Shown one piece after another: positions 41,470-52,000 of a DNA stretch of 64,000 nucleotides (the first letter of the stretch is position 1; each line of letters begins with the position of its first letter). A program made the translations under genes and the position numbers. This DNA comes from Cyanobacteria bacterium P01_A01_bin.123. Lineage in GTDB: Bacteria; Cyanobacteriota; Cyanobacteriia; Phormidesmidales; Phormidesmidaceae. The stretch lies in assembly GCA_039815185.1 (NCBI GenBank), contig JBCBZT010000003.1, forward strand, positions 160,001 through 224,000, read 5' to 3'. The notes beneath the pieces are model-generated. The model saw only the letters and a list, made by a program, of their open reading frames with translations, was not told the DNA's origin and did not search any database.

Positions 41470-44139
41470 TTAGTCAACAGCGGTGACGAAACGCACTAAA
41501 CCGAGTTCGTCGACACCCACTGTCCCCACATCGACAAAGGCCGCCCCTAAAGTGCCAGCATTCCCACTAGGGCAAGCGCCATTGGCGGTTAGTGCCGCTA
41601 GAAATGCACCTTCATCACCATCCGATGCATTGGTCTGGTTAACAGCTGCACCTAAAGCCGCCGCAGGGCTGGCATAAGCAACCCCTTGTCCAGCGGCAAA
41701 CCCATCGGTCACAAACGAGGAATTGGCAGGCACCGGGTCACAAATGGAAACATCAGTAAACGCAGCGGCGGTACGATTAATGAAGTAGATTGTGTACTCG
41801 ACCTGGTCTCCACTGGTGAGTTCATTCAGGGGTGCGGTAGGTGTTGTCACCCCCACAAAGGCATTATCCGGTGGGCTACCTGTAGGGGCAGCAAAGTTTG
41901 TTGTTACCCCACCGCGTACAATCCGCGTGATTCGCTTGATCAGCTCTAGACCAAAGGTGATGGGGGTAGGGGTGTCGTTGTTGGGGCTGGTTGGGTCTTC
42001 GTTGGCATTGTCAACCACATTGCCACCATCGTTAGAGTTATCGGTTAATGGAATGCCTGTATTGCCAATTTCACCTCCCCCCACTGCAATATTTTCATAG
42101 TTCAGTAAGTTGCCTGGGGTAACCCGAATGGTGAATTGAACTGTGATAAATGAACGAGTAACACTCCCGGTTGTTAAAATTGCTGGGCCTAGGGTTGCAG
42201 CACCCAGTAAATTAGTATCTCCGGTACCATCAAAGCCAGCATTCGCGACGGCGGTCGTTTGTGTCAATCCCGATGCAGCAGTAGGGCCACTTGTAGCCGT
42301 CACTGTTGGGGCAACTTGAACATTAAAGGCCGTTGCTCCAGCAAAGGTTGTGGCTACATTATCGGTCAGCGTCACATTGGTGAGGGCAATCGTGCTGAGA
42401 TTTTCAATGGTGACTTCAAAGAGAACATCAAATTGAGTGGCCCCCACTGGTGTGATTGAAATAACTTGTTTGGCGACCCCCAGCCCAGCGGTAGTCGTTA
42501 TAAGGCCGCTGAGCTCCGAGGTTGACAGCGTCGCTGGGTTTGTTGCGGTTGATGTGACAACATCCCCCAAAGTTAAGGCTCCTGGTCTCGTATTGGTGAA
42601 GGTAAAGCGATTGGTTGTGTCTTCGCCTTGAGCAGATTGATAGGCGGGCGGAATCCCGGGGCCGTAGCTACCTGTACCTGCTGTGACATCGTTGCCGCCG
42701 CCTTCAGTTTCTGTTAGCAAGAAAGTTTCTGCTTCACCGAAGTTGTTGGGATCAGGTGTCGTAACGGTAAACAGCTCAATAATTGCGCCAGGGCGGGCAA
42801 AGCCCGTGAGAATGAGTTGGCTATTGTCATTTGTGATGATAGCTGCCTCATAGACGGGGAAATTAAAGCGTTCGTTAGGGTCACCGTCAGCATCACCATT
42901 GTCGTTTAGGGTGATGCCGTCGCCGGTATTGCCACCATTCAAATCGATAGCCAACCTACCCGCTGCATTGACCGTGGCCCCTGTCGCTGCGTTACGGCCA
43001 TTTTCAAAAATGCTGTTTTGGGTAATGCGATTACCAGTGCCCTGGCTCACAACGATGCCGTCGTTGACGTTTGCCGTAATCGTGTTGTTAGAAATCAAAT
43101 TATTATTGCCGTTGCGGATACCAATACCCGCGTCTTGATCCGCTCCTGGCCCCAAGCCATTGGCTCGAATTGTGTTACCAGAAATCGTATTGTTATCGTT
43201 GGCAAAAGTACGGAGGTCAATGCCGTAAGCCGCATTGCACTCAATCAGGTTATTGGTAATCGTGATATTGTTAGCCGCTACTAACTCAATGCCATCTGCT
43301 AGTTGATCGGCAGCGCCCCCCCTATTGGTGCCGTTTGCACCACACATAAAGCTTGCCATTGTATTAGTCGGCACACCACCCGCGTTGACGCGAACTATAT
43401 TGTTGTCAATCGTGACGCCAGACGCCCCAAAACGGACACTAATACCGCCGTTATCATTGTTTTGAACGATACTGTTGCGAACGACAGAGCCTGCAACGCT
43501 TTGGTTGCCGAAATTAGCCTGAGCAGGTGTAGGACTGTTGTCAGTGGTGCCATTGAAGAAAATCCCAGAACCGTTTCTATCAGCGCCGATACTGTCTTGA
43601 ACAATTAAGGTATCGAGGGTTGTATTTGGTGCTTCTACCCGGATAATGGCACCACTGCCAACCCCGCCGCCTTGCCCCACGCTTTCAATCGTCAAATTTT
43701 GAATGGTGGAACCAGCCGCTGTTGCTGCGATCAGAAAACCAGGGCCACCATTGCCTTGATAGTCGATGATGGTGGTCGTCTGGCTGCCACCGACAATCGT
43801 CATCGGCGTGCTGATGGTGGGGAGTGGGGTTCCCCCCACGTTAATCGTGGTTGCGGCAGGGATATTGATTGTATCTAGGCCAGCATCACCGGCGATACAT
43901 TCATTGACTGCTGTATCGGTGTTGGCTGCTTGCATTGCTTCTCGTAGCGTACATTGACCATCAGCAGCAACGGTATCTCCAGCCCCTGTCACAGTAATCG
44001 TTGCTGCTAGAGAAGGCGTGGCACAACCCAAAATGCTTACTAGCGCAGTGCTGAAAAGCAACCCAGTTTTTATGGCTAGGGGTGACCAACAGGATTGAAA
44101 CGTTGAGGTCATATCATTGAGTGATCGCAGAGGTTTCAC
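41470..44139 (-). CDS. Secreted CSLREA-type / right-handed beta-helix / DUF11 adhesin-like protein (paralogue 2)
   Basis: Signal peptide (PSLA-A), DGQCTLREA, Asn-rich beta-helix, Ig-like domain and two DUF11-like domains. GTG 44139 aligns with the paralogue's ATG (ORF extends to 44208). Confidence 0.85.
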   Translation of the reverse strand: MKPLRSLNDMTSTFQSCWSPLAIKTGLLFSTALVSILGCATPSLAATITVTGAGDTVAADGQCTLREAMQAANTDTAVNECIAGDAGLDTINIPAATTINVGGTPLPTISTPMTIVGGSQTTTIIDYQGNGGPGFLIAATAAGSTIQNLTIESVGQGGGVGSGAIIRVEAPNTTLDTLIVQDSIGADRNGSGIFFNGTTDNSPTPAQANFGNQSVAGSVVRNSIVQNNDNGGISVRFGASGVTIDNNIVRVNAGGVPTNTMASFMCGANGTNRGGAADQLADGIELVAANNITITNNLIECNAAYGIDLRTFANDNNTISGNTIRANGLGPGADQDAGIGIRNGNNNLISNNTITANVNDGIVVSQGTGNRITQNSIFENGRNAATGATVNAAGRLAIDLNGGNTGDGITLNDNGDADGDPNERFNFPVYEAAIITNDNSQLILTGFARPGAIIELFTVTTPDPNNFGEAETFLLTETEGGGNDVTAGTGSYGPGIPPAYQSAQGEDTTNRFTFTNTRPGALTLGDVVTSTATNPATLSTSELSGLITTTAGLGVAKQVISITPVGATQFDVLFEVTIENLSTIALTNVTLTDNVATTFAGATAFNVQVAPTVTATSGPTAASGLTQTTAVANAGFDGTGDTNLLGAATLGPAILTTGSVTRSFITVQFTIRVTPGNLLNYENIAVGGGEIGNTGIPLTDNSNDGGNVVDNANEDPTSPNNDTPTPITFGLELIKRITRIVRGGVTTNFAAPTGSPPDNAFVGVTTPTAPLNELTSGDQVEYTIYFINRTAAAFTDVSICDPVPANSSFVTDGFAAGQGVAYASPAAALGAAVNQTNASDGDEGAFLAALTANGACPSGNAGTLGAAFVDVGTVGVDELGLVRFVTAVD

Positions 44140-44284
44140 ATCACACCGAAACAAGGTACAGGTTACTCCAGTTAGAAAACGGTTACTTAACTGCAAGCAT
44201 GATACCAAGGTTACGGACTGCTCCAGAGATGATTCTCCTACGGCGATCGCAGGCCAAATCTATTGCAGACCGAACATGATCAGC

Positions 44285-46945
44285 TTAATCAACCGTGGTA
44301 ACAAACCGCACAAAACCCCGTTCATCGACGTCTACCGTACCGACATCGACGAATGCAGCCCCTAAAGCCCCGGCATTGCTGTTAGGACAAGCCCCATTAG
44401 CCACTAGGGCCGCCAGAAACTCACCAGCATCAGCATCAGCGGCATTGCTTTGATTGATGCCTGCCCCCAAAGCTGCCGCCGGAACCGCATAGGAAATGCC
44501 CTCACCTTCGGCAAACCCATTCGGCGCAAAGGAGCTATTCTCAGGCACTGGATCACAAATGGAAACATCAGTAATAGCAGCGCCTGTGCGGTTGATGAAA
44601 TAGATTGTGTACTCTACCTGATTACCACTGACGAGCGAGTCTAAGGGGGCAGGCGGCGTTTCTACCCCAACAAAACTATCGTCAGGGGGATTGCCCGTCA
44701 CCGTGGTGAAGTTTGTCTCTATGCCATCTTGAACCACCCGTGTAATCCGTTTGATCAACTCTAGTCCAAAGGTAATGGGGGTAGGGGTGTTGTTATTAGG
44801 ACTGGTTGGATCTTCATTCGGATTATCAACGACAGTGCCGCCATCATTAGATTCATCTCTCAACGGAACGTCGGTATCGCCGATATTACCTGTCCCTACG
44901 GCAATATTTTCGTAATTCAGTAAAGTTCCTGGCGTGACTCGAACGACATATTCAACTTCGATAAACGAGGGCGTATCCGATCTTAAAATCCGGGGCCCCA
45001 GAGTTGCCCCAGCTGCGAGCAGATTGACATCACCACCGGGGTTTACGCCGTCAAAGTTTGTATTTTCTGCCGCGGCTGTACCATCTCCGTTTGTGTCTGT
45101 GATATCAATGGCTGAGGCTGGTGGTGTGGTTAACACTTGGAAGCTGTCCGCACCAGCGAAGGTTGTGGATAGGTCATCCGTGATTTGAACATTGGTTAGG
45201 GTAACTGAGCTCAAGTTCTCAACTCTGAGCCTAAACCTTACATCAAACACACCTGCCGACACTGGGGTCACAGACACAACTTGTTTTGCGACGCCAATCC
45301 CAGCGGTGGTAGTAATCAGACCGCTGAGCTCAGAGGTTGAGAGTGTGACAGGGTTAGTGGCCGTTGACGTCACCACATCACCGATGGCCAAGGCGCCTGG
45401 TCTGGTGTTGGTAGAGGTAAAGCGATTCGTCGTATCTTGTCCTTGAGCGGTTTGGTATCCAGGCGGAATGTCTGGACCATAACTCCCTGTCCCCGGTGTG
45501 ACATCGTTTGCACCGCCTTCAGTTTCTGTCAACAAGAAGGTTTGCGCTTCCCCAAAATTGTTGGGGTCAGGGTTAGCAACCGTAAATAGCTCAATAATGG
45601 CGCCTGGGCGGGTAAAGCCAGTAAGAATGAGTTGGCTATTGTCATCGGTGATAATGGCCGCTTCAAAAACCGGGAAGTTGAAGCGTTCGTTGGGGCCACC
45701 ATCGGCATCACCATTGTCATTCAACGTGACGCCATCCCCAGTATCGCCAACGCCTAAATCGATGGCTAACCTATCAGCTGCATTGACAATGCCCCCTGTG
45801 GTTGGGTTACGACCATTCTCAAAAATGCTGTTTTGGGTAATGCGATTCCCGATACCTTGGCTGACTACGATACCGTCGTTGACGTTTGCAGTAATGGTGT
45901 TGGTCGAGATCGTATTATCATTACCGTTTCGCACACCAATACCCGCGTCTTGGTCCGTTGACACCCCGAGACCATTGGCTCGAATTGTGTTGTTGGAAAT
46001 CGTATTATTATCGTTGGCAAAAGTCCGAAGATCGATGCCGTAGCTGGCGTTACACTCAATTGTGTTGTTTGTAACTGTGATGTTGTTGGCCCCGACTAGC
46101 TCAATACCATCCGCCCGTGGATCGGCGCTGCCCCCCCGATTGGTCCCGTTTACGGCACATCCAAAGGTCCCTATTGTGTTGGTCGGTACGGTGCCTCCGT
46201 TGACGCGAACCAGGTTGTTGTCAATGGTGACCCCAGACGCACCGAAGCGGACAGTAATCCCCCCGTTGTCGTTGTTTTGAACAATGCTGTTGCGAATGAC
46301 AGACCCTGAAACATCTCTGCTTCCAAATGTTGCTGCAGGGGGCGTGGGATCGGTGCTAGTCGTGCCATTGAAAAAGACTCCGGAGCCATTTCTATCGGGG
46401 CCAAAGCTGTCCTGAACAATTAAGGTGTCCAGAGTTGTGTTTGGTGCTTCTACCCGAATAATGGCACCCGAACCGGCAACAGCGTCTGGGCCAACGCTTT
46501 GAATCGTTAGATTTTGAACGGTGGAGTTTGCTGCTGTGATTAGTAAGCCAGGCCCCCCATTGCCGTTGTAGTCGATGATGGTGGTGTCGCGACTGCCCCC
46601 ATTAATGGTCATCTGCGTACTGATGGTGGGTAGGGGTGTGCCGCCTACATTAATCGTGGTTGCGGCGGGGATATTGATGGTGTCAAATCCGTCACCAGCC
46701 GTACACTCATTCACGGCTGCATCAGTATTGGCTGCCTGAATGGCTTCTCGCAGCGTGCAAATACCATCAGCGGCAACGGTGTCTCCAGCCCCTGTCACAT
46801 TAATGGTTGCCGCGAAGGCAGGTGCAGCGTGTCCCAAAACGCCCAATAGCGCAGTGCCAAAAACTAAACCAGTTCGGTTAGCTAAGGGTAACGAGCAGGA
46901 TTGAACCGTTGAGACGATATCGTTGAGCGATTTCAGGGATTTCAT
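44285..46945 (-). CDS. Secreted CSLREA-type / right-handed beta-helix / DUF11 adhesin-like protein (paralogue 1)
   Basis: Signal peptide (PAFA-A), DGICTLREA; same architecture as, and co-linear with, 41470-44139. Start is ATG 46945 or GTG 46960. Confidence 0.85.
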   Translation of the reverse strand: MKSLKSLNDIVSTVQSCSLPLANRTGLVFGTALLGVLGHAAPAFAATINVTGAGDTVAADGICTLREAIQAANTDAAVNECTAGDGFDTINIPAATTINVGGTPLPTISTQMTINGGSRDTTIIDYNGNGGPGLLITAANSTVQNLTIQSVGPDAVAGSGAIIRVEAPNTTLDTLIVQDSFGPDRNGSGVFFNGTTSTDPTPPAATFGSRDVSGSVIRNSIVQNNDNGGITVRFGASGVTIDNNLVRVNGGTVPTNTIGTFGCAVNGTNRGGSADPRADGIELVGANNITVTNNTIECNASYGIDLRTFANDNNTISNNTIRANGLGVSTDQDAGIGVRNGNDNTISTNTITANVNDGIVVSQGIGNRITQNSIFENGRNPTTGGIVNAADRLAIDLGVGDTGDGVTLNDNGDADGGPNERFNFPVFEAAIITDDNSQLILTGFTRPGAIIELFTVANPDPNNFGEAQTFLLTETEGGANDVTPGTGSYGPDIPPGYQTAQGQDTTNRFTSTNTRPGALAIGDVVTSTATNPVTLSTSELSGLITTTAGIGVAKQVVSVTPVSAGVFDVRFRLRVENLSSVTLTNVQITDDLSTTFAGADSFQVLTTPPASAIDITDTNGDGTAAAENTNFDGVNPGGDVNLLAAGATLGPRILRSDTPSFIEVEYVVRVTPGTLLNYENIAVGTGNIGDTDVPLRDESNDGGTVVDNPNEDPTSPNNNTPTPITFGLELIKRITRVVQDGIETNFTTVTGNPPDDSFVGVETPPAPLDSLVSGNQVEYTIYFINRTGAAITDVSICDPVPENSSFAPNGFAEGEGISYAVPAAALGAGINQSNAADADAGEFLAALVANGACPNSNAGALGAAFVDVGTVDVDERGFVRFVTTVD

Positions 46946-46969
46946 AGCACGCTGAGACACAAGACAGAG

Positions 46970-49042
46970 TTATTCCAGTTGCAGATCGGTTTCTTGACGT
47001 TCAAAGATAATGTCGAGGCCACGGGTGTCTTCAAAGATGACTTCCACGCGGCGATCGCGGGCGTAATCGAGCCGAGTGCTGCCAGTGGTTGCCCGTTGGC
47101 TTTCGCCGAAGGGCCGAATCCGCATTCGTTCAGGTTCAATGCCCTGCTGCAGTAGATAGTTACGGGCAGACAGAGCCCGGCGCTCACTCAAGGCTTGGTT
47201 GTACGCATCGCTGGCACGGGGATCGGTGTGGCCTTGCAGTTCGATCACAATAAAGGGATATTCCAACAGAACCGCTGCAATCTGATCGAGCACATTGGCA
47301 CTCTCTGGGCTGATGTTGGAGCGATCGAGGGCGAAGTGAATATTGCGCGGCACTTGCAGTTGCAATGGCTCCGGGGGGGGCGCTTCCGAGGGCGGTTCCG
47401 GGGGGGGATCAGCTGCAAAGCAGCTGGGAGGCGAGATTGGTTCGAGCGCCAAGTCAGGAATCGGTTCGCCCATAACCCGAACGGTTGTCACCGGGGCGGG
47501 TTCGGAGGTGCCATATTGGGGATCAGTGGCGATCGCACTGAGGCGAGTCCCTGCCGGTACGGACAATGTGGTCGCAAACTGGCCAGCATCATCGGCAGTA
47601 ACCGTCGCGAGGAATTTTGCCAGGGGACTGTAAACCCTCTGATCTTCCACCACCTGGTAGATGTCTACCTCTGATCCTGGATCCGCAGTGCCTTGTAAGG
47701 TAACTTCACCCTGTTCTAAGGGAAATTCATAGGCCATAAATTGGGGGGCATTGATTGCCCCATTGCCCGTGTCCGTGCGGCGGTTGTGAGAATTGCGCGG
47801 TGGATTGGGACCATCGGCCTCTTGATAAGCCCTGACCTCGCTAGCGTCAGCCGCATTCAAGTCAATGCTGAGTCCATCGAGCTGCAAAAACTGATTGTTG
47901 CGGATAATGTTGCGATCGCTGCGGGGAAAAGCCGTTACCGTCACCCCAGGTCCAGGCTGATAGCCGATCAGATTATTCAAAACCTGATGGTCATTGCCCA
48001 TGAGGTAAACGGCTGCCCGTTCGAATCGTCGCCCGTTGAACTTGATCGAATTGTCTTGAATCAGAACTGCGCCTTCGGGTTTGAACAGATAAATGCCGCT
48101 ACCGTCGTTGCCACACAGCAGGTTATTCTCCAGAACCGCATCGGTCACGATTCCTTCTAACCGAATTGCATCGGGCATCCCGGCTATGCCATTGCCAATA
48201 ATGGTATTGCCAGTCACCATTAACTCCTCAGCCCGCACCCCCGTGATAATGGCGCTACCATCGTGGTGCCGAATCTGGTTTTGACGGATGGTAACCCCAG
48301 TGGCATTAAAGACGGATACTCCAAAGGTTGAAGTCTCCTCGGGAAAGCGATTTTCTGGCGGTAATCCCAGCCAATTTTGTTCAATCACCACATCTTTCGT
48401 TGCGGCCTCAGACGTGCCGAAATCAAAAAAGCTGAGCGGGGGCGACAATGGGCTAGCGTCCGCTGGGTGTGGAGCATTACTAATGAAGATGTCGCTGGGG
48501 GGAGTGGTTTGTGTCGATCGCGGCGCTGCTCGAAACCCATAGATACTCAATCCGCGCACGGTTACCCCATCACCAATGATGGTCAGCCCACGAAAGACTT
48601 CCTGTCCAGCTGCTGGGGTCAACGCCACTACAGGTACGGGTACGGGCACTTGGGCCTGGGGTGGTTCAGCATTGCCGTATCCCGGCTGAGTTGTGCCGTC
48701 AATTAGGGTATTGGGCGTTTCAATTGCGGGCAGTAAGGTTTCAACTGCAATCGTGGTTTGAGCTAAGGGTAGATTGAACTGGATCTGCGGTGCTCCAGTC
48801 GGGGAAGGGGCAATCAGGGCTTGCTCCGCTGGGCTCAGCGCCGCCGGCGTTAGAGTCCCATTAGCCAGCTCAATCGCTTCTCGTAGGGTGAGGATCCCAT
48901 CGGCAGTTACTGGGCCATCTAGATCACTGTTGACCGTCACGATATACGGTTCAAAAGTTTGCTCGTTAGGGGTTTGGGCGATCGCTGGGAGAGCGAGTAA
49001 ATAAATAAAAGGTGCTGACAGTATCGATATCTGACGAATCAT
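46970..49042 (-). CDS. Beta-helix protein with C-terminal OmpA-like peptidoglycan-binding domain
   Basis: Signal peptide, LTLREAI, beta-helix, Pro linker, HFALD..GHTD..YNQALSERRA..RDRRVE. Confidence 0.9.
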   Translation of the reverse strand: MIRQISILSAPFIYLLALPAIAQTPNEQTFEPYIVTVNSDLDGPVTADGILTLREAIELANGTLTPAALSPAEQALIAPSPTGAPQIQFNLPLAQTTIAVETLLPAIETPNTLIDGTTQPGYGNAEPPQAQVPVPVPVVALTPAAGQEVFRGLTIIGDGVTVRGLSIYGFRAAPRSTQTTPPSDIFISNAPHPADASPLSPPLSFFDFGTSEAATKDVVIEQNWLGLPPENRFPEETSTFGVSVFNATGVTIRQNQIRHHDGSAIITGVRAEELMVTGNTIIGNGIAGMPDAIRLEGIVTDAVLENNLLCGNDGSGIYLFKPEGAVLIQDNSIKFNGRRFERAAVYLMGNDHQVLNNLIGYQPGPGVTVTAFPRSDRNIIRNNQFLQLDGLSIDLNAADASEVRAYQEADGPNPPRNSHNRRTDTGNGAINAPQFMAYEFPLEQGEVTLQGTADPGSEVDIYQVVEDQRVYSPLAKFLATVTADDAGQFATTLSVPAGTRLSAIATDPQYGTSEPAPVTTVRVMGEPIPDLALEPISPPSCFAADPPPEPPSEAPPPEPLQLQVPRNIHFALDRSNISPESANVLDQIAAVLLEYPFIVIELQGHTDPRASDAYNQALSERRALSARNYLLQQGIEPERMRIRPFGESQRATTGSTRLDYARDRRVEVIFEDTRGLDIIFERQETDLQLE

Positions 49043-52000
49043 TAGACCTCACCCCCTGTTTCGATGTCGTTTGGTGCCGCGTTAGCAGGTTGATCGGGTT
49101 CAACATAGGAGTCTTGCTGCTGCTGCGGTGACACCATCTGCAATCCAAATCCATTCAATAGTTCATTTACCTTGAAGGTGACGCCCAAATAAACCCCGCT
49201 ACCCGAGCGATACGCGTTGTCACCTACAAAGCTGCCTTCATTTGCGCCGCCAAAGCTGTAACCTACCCCTAATCGCAGATCAGGCGTCAAGTAATATCCC
49301 GCTTCTAGGGCAAATCCAGTTTCGCTATAGCCAACGGTGGGTTGACCAATCCAGCGGGCTCCTGCTGTGACATCCCAACGGTAGGCAAAGCGATAGGTTG
49401 CCCGCATTTGGGCAAAATGAATGGAATTGGAAAATCCAAAGTCGTCAGCTAGATTGACATTGCTGTAACGCAAGGCATACTTGCCATAAAGTTCCCACTG
49501 CCAGCTGGGGGATAAGATGCCCTCTAATGCCAACGTATGATCTACGGCGTCGTTGCTGGAGCCAATCAGAATGCTATCGGGTGTGGTGCTGGGATTATTG
49601 CGATACTCGTAGCTCAATAATCCGTTGAAAATATCGCTGCTTGGATCGCGGTAGGCCAGCCCCAACCTGAGATTAATCGAATTACCAAGGTTGCCCGTGA
49701 TGGTCTGGTTTGCAAAGTTAGCCTGCTCGTAGCGAAACAGGGTCGTCAACGACCGGGTAATGCGGCCCCCAGCGGCAGCCGTAAACACGGTGTTGTCGCC
49801 ACTATCAGAATCTCGATGTTCAAATCGTGCACTGGCCTGAAAATCTGGGTTGTCTGTATACTCCAAGCCAATACTATAAGCGGTGCTGGACTGGAGTCCC
49901 AACGCAGAAGCGTTTTGACCCACAGCAAAGGGTTGGGCAAACTGCTCTCCCCCCCCGGTTAGGTTGAACGCGTCGCCAAAGATGCGTTCTAGGCCAAAGT
50001 TCGCTCGCAACCCAGGTGCTAACACCATGCGGTGATTCAACCCAATGGCTCCCTGCCCCGTGATGCCGTTAAATCCTCCCAACAGGGAATACCGATTTGT
50101 CAACGTTGTGTTGTCGTCTAAGGCGTAATCGATCAGGCTATCCAGGCGAGTGACTGAGCCTGGGTTAGCCCCGCCGGTAAACTGTTGTGCCAGCCGCAGG
50201 GTCATACCGGGTTGTACGGCCCATTCTAGGCCTACGGTTTGGCGATCGGGATAAAGTGAATCGCCGGTGCCCAGGTTTAACTCACTCTGGGCCAAAAAAC
50301 TCAAATCTCCTGTGATTGGCAGATTCAGCCGAGAGACTACTTGATTAGAGTCAGTATTGAGATTGGTGATGCGATCATCGCGACCGCGAAAGATCCAATC
50401 AACGCCTAGGGTAGTGGCACCGAACCGTTGCTGAATGCCAATCTGGCCTGTGGTTAAGGTGTTATCGACTGAACTCCCCTGAATGGCCTGTTGCCCGGGC
50501 GATAGCAAGGCTCCGGCAGAGGTCAATACTGCTGGGGATGAGCCAACGTTTGTTTCTTGGTCGATTAAACCTCGAAGCAGGGTGCTGGGGCCAATGCGAG
50601 CCGCGATCTCGGCTCCCCAGCGCGTTTGTCCGGGACGAAAGCTAGAGGTGTAGTCGTTTTGAAACTCAGGTGCGGCAGATTGCAGATAGGCGCGACCAAA
50701 TACATTAGGCAGAACGTTGCCATTAAAGGCCAATCGAAAGGCATTTCCTGAAGTCGTGGCCCCCCCGCTAAACGAATCTGATCGGGCCCATTCCCCAACG
50801 AACGTCCCAATGCTGCCAATCGGCAACTGGAGATCAACGCCGTATAGATTGGAGTCAAAATCTCCCTGGTCTGCGTGGAGAAACGTAGCCCCAACCCAGC
50901 TATTGAGATCGGGGGTGAAGGCATACTGCAATCGCCCTGCATACAATTCACCGCCAAATTCACCGCCGTCTAGTTGGTAGGTGACAACAATCCGACGCAC
51001 CAGCGTCTCGCCGAAGGGATCGATCTCTGTGGCATAAATCGGTTGACGAAATAGCAGCGTGCCTCGGTCATAATCAATGTCATAGTCAGCTCCCCGATAA
51101 AGCTCTGTACGCTCAACTACCGTCCCGGGGCGATTAATCTCCTCAGTCTCGATAAAAACATTTTCACTCCCGCGCAGCACTGCCCGCCGAGATAAGAAAT
51201 AAAAGCCACTGGTGCCGTCGGGTGCAATCGTATCGCGCTGCAACTGCTGTAAGTTGTTGCCGTACATGGCCGTGACTTGCAACCCATTGGCAAAACTATA
51301 GTTGCCCTTAAAGCCGTGGAGTTGCAGTGTAGTCGCGGTAAAGGTTTGAGAAGACCGAGCAAATTCTGGAGTGCTGTAATCGCCCCACATCAGGTAGTCA
51401 GGTTCAGCCCCTGGCAAGATAGAGTCTCTCTGGAGGCGCAAATAAAGACTGTCGGCAGACGGGGTCAAAAATTCTGAGGTCGAGCTGTCGCCATAAACCG
51501 GATAGGTTTGGTCACAAGCTTGGAGATCATTGAGGATACCGTTATCCCCTCCACAACGCTCGTTTAAGTTTCGCTCGCTCGTGTATGCTCCGGTAATTTG
51601 CCAATCTCCCAGGGTGCCAATGCCAAACAGGGAAATATCAGGGTCAAACTCCGTTCCGTTGTCAAGTAGATCCGGATTGAGAAAGTCTCCAAAGCTCCCC
51701 CAAAAATCAGTTCCGGCTTGCCCCAACCGCAAATGCACCACACCCGAAACTAGAGATGGCCTCAAATCCGTGACAAATTGAACCTCGGTGTAGGCTGCGA
51801 CCTCTGGATAAGGGTCGGGATCGATCGCTGGATCAAGTCCGCGCACTTGATGGCCATTAACGGCTGCCCGAATCTGAACGGTCTGAGCGTCTAGATCAGA
51901 ACGCAGCAGCGTCTCAAACTCCCCACGACGGGCCAGAATTTGAAATCCTGCGAGATCGTTGTCATAGTCTGTCTGGACAAATACTCCAGCACTACTGGTT

